Assembly: GCA_001724265.1 (NCBI GenBank)
Contig: MEDY01000055.1
Span: 124,001 to 177,177 of the forward strand
Length of the DNA stretch: 53,177 nucleotides
Source: Rhizaria sp. SCN 62-66
Taxonomy: Eukaryota
Direction: 5' to 3'
In this document: positions 43,701-53,177 of the stretch, piece by piece
Position numbering within the stretch: the stretch's first letter is position 1
Layout: the number at the start of each line of letters is the position of its first letter
The notes under the pieces: model-generated
Database searches by the model: none
Seen by the model: the letters and a program-made list of their open reading frames with translations, nothing else
Told to the model about the DNA's origin: nothing
Position numbers and translations under genes: made by a program

Positions 43701-45109
43701 CGCCCTGGGAAGACGTCGAGGAGGTCTTCGCGTGGGTCCAGGCGCACATGCGCGCCGTGCCCACGGTCACCAGCGCCATCAAAGCGACGGGGAGTGACTC
43801 TGTTGACAGTACCAATCTGAGTGCAAGTGCCAGTGCCAGTGCGGCGATGAGTGATGCGTCGTCGTCTCAGTCTCAGTATCAGTCGCAGTGTGGGGTCTCC
43901 GTTGGCTGCGCGTACCCGCCCTTCGCGCTGCAGCTGTCGCCGACCGACTTCATCTACTCGGGCGTCGGACTTGTGCGTGACGGCAAGCGTGTCACGCCGC
44001 TGCCCGAGCCCCTCAAGATCAGCAACACGCACGAGGCATTCGCCTACGCGCGCGTTTTCGAGCGCTTCCCCGCCACGCTTGCCTCTAATACCCGCTCCAA
44101 CGCCAGCGCGAGTGCGAGCGCGAGTGCTCTTGTTGATGACAGTGATGTTGATGTTCCCTACGTCACTCTCGCGACCCCTATCCCTGCGACGGCGGAGACT
44201 GCGACTGCAGGGACAATGACGCCTGCCGCTGCCGCGGCCGCTGCCTCCGCTGCCGTCTCTGCGGCCGCTTCGTCTTCGCTGTCGGCCCCCGCGCGCGCGC
44301 TCGCCACGCTACGCCGCGGCCCCGGCTCAACGTACTTCCACGTGCCCCTCAAGTCCCTCGGCCTCGCCCCCGCAGTGACGCTGCATATGGTCCTAGCGCC
44401 CTCAATCGCCTCCAACCCCACCTCGAGCAGCAACAACAACAGCAGCAGCAATGCCTCCAACGCCAACGCAGGCGCTGTTGTGGATGTGCGCGGCGCGGGG
44501 CTCAGCAACGCGAGCTGTGGCAACGCGGCGTTCGCGCCCGCAGCGCTGTGCGCCCCGGCGCCCGCGAGCGCGCTCTTCGGTCCCAGTGGGTCCGCGCACG
44601 ACCAGCTCGTTGATGTAAGCACCTCTCTAAGTACCTCGAGCGCGTCGCTTGGCGTGCTCGGTGGCCGGATGCGCGCCGTGCCCGCCGCGCTTGCCCGCTC
44701 TCTCCGCGCCCACCTTAACTGCGGCAACGCAAGTACTAGCAGTGACCGTGAGCAGAGTGACCGTGAGCAAGCGGAGGAAGGCGACTGGGTGCAGCCGTAC
44801 GCGTTCGAGATGGCGCTGGCGAGCGAGGTGCCCGGCGAGGCCCTGCTGCGGCAGTGCGTCGTCGACGACGCGAAGCCGCTCGTGGCGATCGCAGCGCCCA
44901 AGGCCATCAACAACGCCGCCGCGGCCGCCGCGGCCTCCGCTGCCGCCGCCGCAGCTGCTGCTGCTGCCGCCTCTGCCACCGCGAGTGCGTCGGCGGGGGG
45001 CAAGAGTGGTGGCGCGGCGATGGAGGAGATCGACGATGAGATGCTGGAGCGTATGGCGCAGCAAATGATGTCCAAGGGTCGGCCCAAGCCGGGCTGGATG
45101 CGCAAGTAA
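40235..45109 (+). CDS. p97/Cdc48 cofactor-like protein with UBL, PUB-like and UBX domains (TUG/ASPSCR1-UBXN6-like), intronless, 1624 aa
   Basis: UBX: YARSVVRVVFPGGRFVLQGLFAPWEDVEEVFAWVQ...LKSLGLAPAVTLHM. PUB-like: RFRSLRL...LWARVGCNAHAVAVLTAAGF. C-terminal KPGWMRK recalls the TUG/Ubx4 PKW tail. Confidence 0.7.
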
Positions 45110-46018
45110 GGGAGACATATTCAGAATTGTGTCGCGACCACTTGTGGGTCCAAGTTAAAGTTTTCCTATTTCTGATATCAAAAATGTGATAACTAGTTTT
45201 CTAGTGTTTTAAATACATACAGTGCTTGTTATGTGACGATATTACCATCATTTCATCAAAAATCGGTGTTCCTGAGGGTTTGCGTTCCGAAAAATAAAAA
45301 GTTGTCAAAATGATTTTGCGAATCAAGGAGAAAAGAGTCTTAAATAGTGACGGATTCGATCGTTATTATGAACCATGTTTGACTATCTGTGATTTTCTGA
45401 ACTGTGGCGTTTTTGATCGTTTAAAACAATAGCATCTCTAGCGGTCTATGGCTGTCATATCGGTTCCGCAGCTCTGCCTCTCACGCCTCCGTTCTCTCCC
45501 TCTCCGCTGGACTGCCTTTACCATCGCTTTCTTTGTCATCATGTTCCCCCAAAGTTCCCTTAGTCCTCTTTACTACTTAGACAATCGGTCTTATAACTAA
45601 TTACCGGCTCTCTTTACATCTCCCCGTTGTTATTCAGCGCCTAGCAGCTGTCTCCCAACAAGGCCTGCTCCTCAGAAGTTTGCCCCTCTCCCGCCAAGCT
45701 CTCTGCTTCGCCCTCCCGCCCCGCTCTTTTCCTACCGCGCGCTCGCCAGTCAGTCCCGCTGTCTGTTGTCGCCCGTGTTCGCTGCTTTCTAGTTCCCAAC
45801 ACTGCTCGTTCGTGCGCTACAAGCACTGACTGAGCCGTCTTGTACCTCGACAGACTCTCGTCGCGTCGAATCTTCCACTCTCAAGTCAGCTCACTGAGTG
45901 ACTGCGAACAGCTCGTCTTTTCGCTCTCAACCCACGCAGCGTCTTTTCCCACACCTCGCCGACGCTCTGTCATTCTTGCGCGCACTAAGCACTCTTGCTT
46001 GACCGAAACTAAAGCAAA

Positions 46019-47377
46019 ATGAGCATGAACTCCGCTTCCCCCACAGCCATGACGCAGGAGCTCTACACCTACACAGTACGTCCCCAGTTCTACTCCACTA
46101 GCAACAAAAACAACAATCTTTGACCGCTTTACTGTTTCTCTACACCTTTTTTTTTTTTTAATTGGGGTCTTCTGTTTCTATCACGCTTACGGCTCTTCCC
46201 TGTATCTCACGTGCTCCCTTCGCTTTGCTCTTCTTGACTTGATATCCCTGTTACTTCACTCAGGCGCCGTGGCAGGTGTACTCTCTGTCCTGGTCCATGC
46301 GCTACGACCGGCCGTACCGCCTTGCCATGGGCTCCTTCATCGACGAGTTCTGCAACCGCATCTCTATCGTCCAGCTCAAGAACAACACCTTCCAGGTCCG
46401 TTATCAAGTTAGTATCACCACACCACACGTTTCAGCATGTGTGCTAATCGTACTGAAACTCCACAATAATCTAAACAACGACAAAAGATTTCATATCACA
46501 AAATCTCGACATATATTTCTTTTATCTAACTCATTTACAAACAATTGCTTGACTATACTCGTCTCAGGAGCTGCATACGTTCGACCACCCGTACCCCGCG
46601 ACCAAGATCATGTGGGCGCCGGACCGCGTGGCGAAGCGTGAGGACCTGTTCGCGACCTCTGGCGACTACCTGCGCATCTTCAAGATTGGCGACGACGGTT
46701 CGGTCAAGATGAAGTCGCTGCTCAACAACAACAAGCAGACGATGTACTGCGCGCCGCTGACGTCCTTCGACTGGAGCGAGCGGGACCCTACCCTCATCGG
46801 CACGTCCTCGATCGACACCACGTGCACGATCTGGAACGTCGAAACGGGCCAGGCCAAGACGCAGCTCATCGCGCACGACAAAGAGGTCTACGACTTCGTC
46901 TTTGCTCCCCTCAACGACGTCTTCGCCTCGGCCGGCGCCGACGGCAGCATCCGCATGTTCGACCTGCGCTCGCTCGAGCACTCGACGATCCTGTACGAGG
47001 CGCCGTCGCTGTCGCCGCTGTTGCGGCTGTCGTGGAACACGATGGACCCCAACTACGTGGCGACGATGCTGGCTGACGAGTGCCGCATCGTCGTGCTCGA
47101 CATCCGCAGCGCGTCCGTGCCTGTGGCGGAGCTCGTCGGCCACTCCAAGTCGATTAATGCGCTGACCTGGGCGCCGCACTCGTCCTGCCACCTCGCCTCA
47201 GCTGGCGACGACGGCCAGGCGCTGATCTGGGACCTCACCCAGCTGCCCATCAGCGGCGACGACGCGTACCTGACGTTCAACGCCGAGGACTCGATCAACG
47301 CGCTGCAGTGGAGCACCGCGCACCCCGACTGGGTCTCCATCGCGCACGGCAAGACCATGCAGATCCTCCGCGTGTAA
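46019..47377 (+). CDS. DCAF7: DCAF7/WDR68/AN11-TTG1 family WD40 protein; exons 46019-46075, 46264-46395, 46568-47377
   Basis: YTYTAPWQVYSLSWS; RLAMGSF; FDHPYPATKIMWAP; CAPLTSFDW; SSIDTTCTIW; TQLIAHDKEVYD; GADGSIRMFDLRSLEHSTILYE; ends QILRV. Confidence 0.96.
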
Positions 47378-47916
47378 AGAAAATCTTTGAGCTGACATAC
47401 CCCCGCATGCGCTGCGGTCTTGTTAAGACCGCAGTGCTCTGCTTGAAGTTGTAACTCCTTCATTATGTTTGTTGTTCTAATTTGGATGTTGTATGTTTAT
47501 GTATCTCTGTGACGCGGTGCCCTATCTTTTTCTCGTGATAATTATGTTTTCTCTTTTGTTGTTTTTATTCATCGATCGCGCCGTTTGGTCGCTCTCTTAT
47601 TTGTTTTTGTCCTCAACTGCAACAGGCCAGTCCCTGTCTAGTCTACTCTCCTCTCTCAAAATACAAAATTGTGTTAACTCAAATCGCATCTGTCTGACTC
47701 ACCTCGTCCGTCAACGGGAATGATAGTGTTGTGCCATAAATTAAGCGCCACTTAATAATCTCATATTTTTACACTATGCGTTTTTATTGCGTTTTAGGTT
47801 CAGCTTGTCTTCTTTTTCAAAACCACACCTCCAACTTGAGCTCTGTTCGCCTCTTCCCTCTCGACCCGTCGTCTCAGTCTCGACTCACTACCAGCGAGCT
47901 TCTCGGGCGCCTACTC

Positions 47917-49713
47917 ATGGCTAACTATCTTGCTCCTGAAGGCTCTGCCATCTGGCAGGACCGCGAGCTGCGCTTTGACAGCCCCATGAAGCTGCTTCTC
48001 CCTCGCACTGGCGAAAAGGTACGGCGACCCCCTGATTCTTCTATCTACGGTGTTACCGCTCGAGAACAACGGTTGCATAATGTTAGAGTGTCATATTCTG
48101 TTGCACTGCATTGGTTTACTGATGCTATGCACGTTTTATGACAAAAATTTGTCACTATCTTCCGCTCCGGCCAGCGCCAGCGAAGGCCTTCATAACGGTC
48201 ATGTTCGCTGCCAGCTCCTTCTGTCTGTTGTGCAGGACAAGCGCAACATGTTGCACATATATTTCTATCATTCAAACTATTCTCGTATCCACATTTGTTA
48301 TCATTCCTTGGTTATCTCTTTGTTTGCTCTGTCTTGCCTTACTTACCCTTTCTCTATGCATGCATACTTCACACGCACTCAGGTCATCGACTCGATCAAT
48401 GCCGTGGAGGATACCAAGGGCAACAACGGCGAGCGCGGCGCTTTTAGCGTTACTAATCTTCGCATTATCTGGTGCTCGCACGCCAACCCCAACATCAACC
48501 TTAGTACGTTCCCGTTCGCTTTTCACAGAATTGATTCATTTATAGCAATCGTGCAATTTCTCTTGTTATCACTGACTTGGGCAATCCTACTGTATTTGTC
48601 TCTGAATGACTCACGTGGACGTATGTGTTATCTTTTTGTCTTGTGCGTGATCATCTCTGTCGCCGCAGGCATCGGCTTCGACTGCGTGGTGTCGATGTCG
48701 ATCCGCTCGGCATCCTCCCGCCTCCGGGGCGGCAACGTCCAGGCCCTCCACGTCATGACCAAGTTCAACAATAGCCGCTTCGAGTTTATCTTCACCTCGC
48801 TTGTCAAGAACTCCCCGCGGCTCTTCACCACCATCCAGGCCGTCAGCAGGGCCTACGAGACCACGCGCGTGTACCGCGACGTCAAGTACGTGGACGGCAA
48901 CTCTCGATCGCGCGAAATACCTCTCCAATATATGCGCACTTTATAATTATTTTTATGAACGTATTCTACTTACTTTGACGGATAGTTCCTCATTTTTCCA
49001 ATTCAAATCTTTTCTTGCTTCCTCCTAGACTGCGCACGGCCATCATCCGCGACGGGTCCCTGCTGCTGCTGCCGCACGAGACGGTGATCGCGACTATCCC
49101 GCGCGTGAGCAACGCCTCGACTGCGAGCCCGACGTTGGGCACGCTGCACCTGACGAGCATCCGTCTCGTGTGGCACGCCGCGTCCAACGACGCCTTCAAC
49201 CTCAGCGTGCCCCACACGCGCATCGCGCGCGTCTACCACTTCAACAACAACAGCGCCGCCTCGAACGCGCTGCTCGTCGTGCAGACGCGCGCTGCGCCCG
49301 GGGAGCCCGCGGGGCACAAGCTGGGCTTCTTCCCCGACACGGATCGCGCACTGCCCGCGCTCGTGGAGCAAATCGGCAAGGTTTTCCTGCTCTACGCCGC
49401 GCGGCCCGAGTTGGGCATCGACACCGTGATTGATGACCGCCGCGCCGTCGCGGACCCGTCCTCGGTGGCCGCGAAGCGCGTGGAGGACGACTTGCGCGTG
49501 CTGGCGCCCGGCGAGGCTGAGAGCGCTGTCGCGGGCGGCGCCGGCGGCGGCAGCGGCGGCGGCGGCGGGTTCGACGCCCTGGCCGCTTTTTACGCTGACG
49601 GGCCGATCGATCTGGACCGGGAGCCAGAGTATAACGCAGACTTGGGACTCGCTGTGGAGCGCATGCGTGAAGGCATGGAGATCGCCGACCTCTGGCAGGT
49701 CACCAGCGGCTGA
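47917..49713 (+). CDS. BBS5: BBSome subunit BBS5; exons 47917-48018, 48383-48503, 48669-48885, 49029-49713
   Basis: WQDRELRFD; VEDTKGNNGERG; VTNLRIIW; RFEFIFT; RAYETTRVYRDVKLR; REPEYNADLGLAVE...LW; intron phases 0, 1, 2 keep the frame. Confidence 0.95.
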
Positions 49714-50535
49714 AAAACAAACGACTTGAATGACTTGAAAACGAGAAGGATTCGCTCTTGTCTTGTCTACTACGAGCTTATATCGCTCTCAATTCCGGAT
49801 ATTATGTTTTTTGCGAGGTGTTTGTCTATGTGTAGTTATTGTTTCTAGCTCATGTCGACGCAAGTATCTAGTTATTACGGCCATGGGATTGAGGGTGCAA
49901 CTTGAACAGGGCCGAACTGCTTCATGGATGACTATTGCAGAGAATATACAGCACTTCAGAATGATCATTTTACCATAGTCAGACTCCATAGTATATAAAA
50001 TGACACTTCATACAGCATACTCAAAACTTAGCTGGAATATCAACTATTAAGGGGCGATCAGCTTTGTTTTATATGGGGTTGCCAGTGTGATTCGAGTGCC
50101 TCTGTCAGCTCAACAAACTCTGGTCAAAAAAGTCAAGCCGCTTTCTAGGGAAACGGCTCGTGACGGAAGAAACATGTCTCAAAACAGGACACAACGACCG
50201 TCTATAAATGCCTAGTTGCAATATAGTGGTAATTGTATTGTATTGTTATTAGATATTTTGTTTTTATGCCCTGAATAACTGCCTACCCTGCTCTAGACGC
50301 GCTCCCGTCAAGCAGTCGATCCTCTCTAAAACGTCTAACTCGCTCCGATGTCTCTCAACGCATATTGCTCATTTATGCAATTCTTTTTCCCGCTGTTTCC
50401 TGTCCCACACTCTTAGCCCTTACTTTTTACAACACCTCACTGGCAGAGACACCAACCCGTGTAGTCTTGCTGTCCCCAAGCCCTAGCAACCGACAGCGCC
50501 CCTCAACTCAGAGAGTGAGATTGAGAGATTGAGAG

Positions 50536-50702
50536 ATGTCATCGTCCTCCTCCGCGGCCGCCCCGGCCTCCGCCTCGACGTCGGCGAACGAGTACACGGC
50601 CGACGCCTTTGAGACCACGGCTAACGAAGACTACAGCCAGGATCACAACGCTCACACCAACGCTGCTCTCATGCAAACTGCGCCTCAGCAGCCCCAGCAA
50701 CA

Positions 50703-50733
<31 letters not shown>

Positions 50734-52134
50734 TACTACCCCCAGCAGCAGTCGCACCAGCAGTACCAGCAGCAGCAGTACGGCGACGACGACACCGCGG
50801 CCCCCGTGTTCCTCACCGGCGTCGCCGCAGACCCCGCCTCACACAACAACGGTGATGCGAACAACACGAACAACGAGGACGACGGTGGCTACGAACAGTA
50901 CCGCACGAGCCAGCGCGACTACGACGCCCTGCAGCCCGACAACAACGGGGGCGCCGACGACGCCGCCGCCAACAACAACTACCAGCTCTACGACGGCGGC
51001 GCCAAGTATGGCTACAACCAGCAAGGCCAGCAGCAGCAAGGGCAGCAGCAGGACTACCAAGTGCAGGAGTACGACGACAACGAGCACCAGCTCGAGCAGC
51101 AGCAAGAGGAGGAGGACGACGACGCGGCGGCCGGCGGCGGCCTCTCCCTGGACCAGCTCATGGTGCAGGTGGAACGCATGATGCGCGAGTACGAGCAGAA
51201 CGCGCAGTACGTCGACGCCGAGCGCGCGCGGCAGCACCTCGAGTCGCTCAAGAAGCGCAAGAATGAGTTCAATCGGCGCGAGCTCGAGGTGATCCAACAG
51301 GAGGACGTGCGCGTCTTCTTCGACATGGTGGCTCACCACCAGACCAACTTCGACCAGACGTGGGCCAAGCGCTTCCTGGAGCACAAGCTGCGCGCGGACG
51401 ACATGATCGACGCGCTCAAGCGCAAGCACGACGACCAGCAGCGGCAGCTGTACGAGGAGCTGCGCCGCAAGCGCATCCCCAAGTTCTCTGTCGAGCTCCT
51501 CAACCTGCGCAAGCGCCAGGTTCTACTGGCCAAGGCCAAGAAGTACCTCAACGCGGAGAAGCTCAAGCGCCAGGCCGACATCCTCGAGTCGATCGAGATC
51601 GACCGCATCCGGCGCGCCGCCAAGCAGGACAACCAGCTGCGCTTCGAGGCGCTGCTGAAGCAGCAGCAGTGGGACCGCTCAATGCTGGCTGCCAAGCTGC
51701 GCACTGAGCGTCAGCACCTTCTTGAGGCCAAGGCGCAGGACTTCCAGCGGCTCCGCAACCGGCTCCGCAACGCCGAGTCCGAGCTCAAGAAGACGCACGT
51801 GCGCCAGGCGCTGCTGGCCGAGGGGCGGCTGCACCCCGTCTACTCCACGCTTGGCGCCGTCGCCCCCGGCACCGGCGCCGGCGCCGGGGGCGGCAATGCT
51901 GCCGGCGGCAAGCAGCAGCGCGGTGCCAGTGGCGGCCGCAACGGCATGGGCGCGTCGGGGCAGGTTGCGGTGCCGCCGCCGATCGCGGGCGCTCAGTCTA
52001 ACAACAATGGCGTTGGCGGTGGCGGCGACAGGCTCAACCCACATGGCAAGCCGTCGATGCGGTCCATGGTCAACAACAATAATAACAATAACACAGGGAA
52101 TGTTGCTGTGCCGCCGCCCATCCGCCAGCGCTGA
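50536..52134 (+). CDS. Coiled-coil protein with a Gln/Asn/Tyr-rich N-terminus (intronless)
   Basis: 532-aa ORF with strong GC3 bias. The charged helical core includes PKFSVELLNLRKRQVLLAKAKKYLNAEKLK, resembling an uncharacterised family recalled from flagellated protists. Confidence 0.8.
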
Positions 52135-52420
52135 ACGCACTGCAAACTGAGAGAAACTAATTGCTTGCTTTGACAGAGTGAGCTCTCTGCTTGTAGCGCT
52201 GATTACAGTGTACTAATTACGATTACCTACCTAGTTTTGTTATATGATATCATCGTAAAGGCCCTTTGTAAAGCATCACTGTAATACAAAACACACGAAT
52301 TTATTCTTGTTTTCGCAACAGTCTTCGCAACAGTCTTTTCTGATCGATTCGATCACTCATACAAGTACAAATAGTCGCTCAATCCTCACAGTCAAGCTCA
52401 ACATGTTCTCGTCACTCGCC

Positions 52421-53177
52421 TCACTCGCCGATGCCGTGGCCGCCGCTGCTGGTGCGCATGATCCTGTCGTCAGCAACCGCCGCACTGGTCGCCCGCAGCG
52501 TGTCGAGCTCTGCGGCAGCGCTGTTGCCCGCGCGCGCAGTGGCCCAGAGCACGAGCACCGCGCGAATAAGGTTGGCCGCCACGCCTGCCTCAGCGCTCGC
52601 ACCCACACTCGCACTGCTCACACCAGCGCTCTCAGTGGCGGCGTCGGCTCCTGCTGCAAATGCAGTCGGCGCGCCAGCGAGCACGAGTGCGCCGCTGTTG
52701 TTCTTGTTGTTATTGTTCACCGCGTTGTAGCTGCTCGACGCCGCAGTGAAGCTAGTCTCGAGCGCCCCGTTGCTCGGACCCAGCTGCTGCTGCTGCTGTT
52801 GCTGCGCCTCAGCACTGGCGTCCTGCGCCTCCGCCGCGGCCGCCGCGGTCGCCGCCGCCCCGCGCCAAACCCGCTCCGCGCGCGCGCGTTCGTCCTCGGC
52901 GGCCACGGCCTCAGCCACCGCGGCCACGGCCTCGGCCACGGCCGCGGCGCCCTCGGTGCGGCGGAGCCGGTTTGACAGCGAGAGCAACTCCGCGGGCGAC
53001 GTCATCGCGGGCCCCCACTGCTCCAGGCTCGCCGCCGCCTCTTCGGCAGGCAGCTGCGCCAGCTGCGCGGACCAGGCCTCGAGCAGCGCTGCGGGCGTCG
53101 TCCGGGCAACCGCGGCGGCCGCGGCGGCCACGGCGGCGCCAGCGGCCGCCCAGCGGCCCACCGTTGCCGCCGCGGCC
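52421..53177 (-). CDS. 3' end of an Ala-rich protein of unknown function (5'-truncated by the window)
   Basis: Minus-strand frame open from the window edge to TGA at 52421, with the same Ala/Gln/Asn-rich composition as the other exons; AT-rich DNA follows. Confidence 0.7.
   Translation of the reverse strand, partial: AAAATVGRWAAAGAAVAAAAAAVARTTPAALLEAWSAQLAQLPAEEAAASLEQWGPAMTSPAELLSLSNRLRRTEGAAAVAEAVAAVAEAVAAEDERARAERVWRGAAATAAAAAEAQDASAEAQQQQQQQLGPSNGALETSFTAASSSYNAVNNNNKNNSGALVLAGAPTAFAAGADAATESAGVSSASVGASAEAGVAANLIRAVLVLWATARAGNSAAAELDTLRATSAAVADDRIMRTSSGGHGIGE

Noticed and set aside
48050..48946. 298-aa ORF in the BBS5 region
   Set aside because: Read-through of BBS5 introns and exons, explained by the spliced model
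50137..50157. GCCGCTTTCTAGGGAAACGGC, an X-box-like imperfect palindrome upstream of the coiled-coil gene
   Set aside because: Poor match to the RFX consensus, no equivalent seen before BBS5, and RFX presence is unknown
1..53177. tRNA, rRNA, CRISPR array, transposase or reverse transcriptase genes
   Set aside because: No cloverleaf, rRNA block, repeat-spacer array or mobile-element motifs were found by eye

Overview
Eukaryotic nuclear DNA from a gene-dense, probably flagellated protist (it has BBS5); the taxon cannot be fixed from this window. Exons are GC-rich and Ala/Ser/Gln-rich; introns and intergenic DNA are AT-rich. I could build 19 protein-coding gene models, two cut by the window edges, with 20 GT-AG introns of 110-364 nt whose donors are mostly GTACGT. 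In order: tandem-CCCH (TIS11-like) protein, PDH E3-binding-protein-like gene with two lipoyl domains, large WD40 protein, MCM3, PUS1, ADF-H protein, thiamine pyrophosphokinase, Crinkler/RHS-type P-loop NTPase, myristoylated 4-TM Cys-rich orphan, small secreted orphan, membrin/GOSR2 SNARE, AP-4 epsilon, Ac45/VOA1-like protein, ThrRS, PUB+UBX p97 cofactor, DCAF7, BBS5, coiled-coil protein and the 3' end of an unknown gene. The best leads are: an intronless Crinkler/RHS-like NTPase with an apparent mitochondrial presequence and no nuclease module; a near-perfect 78-bp intronic palindrome; a two-hairpin H/ACA-like element in the oversized BBS5 intron; the GTACGT donor consensus; and no TAG among 18 stop codons. 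No rRNA, tRNA, CRISPR array or intact transposon was recognised. All family calls come from motif recognition by eye, not database searches.
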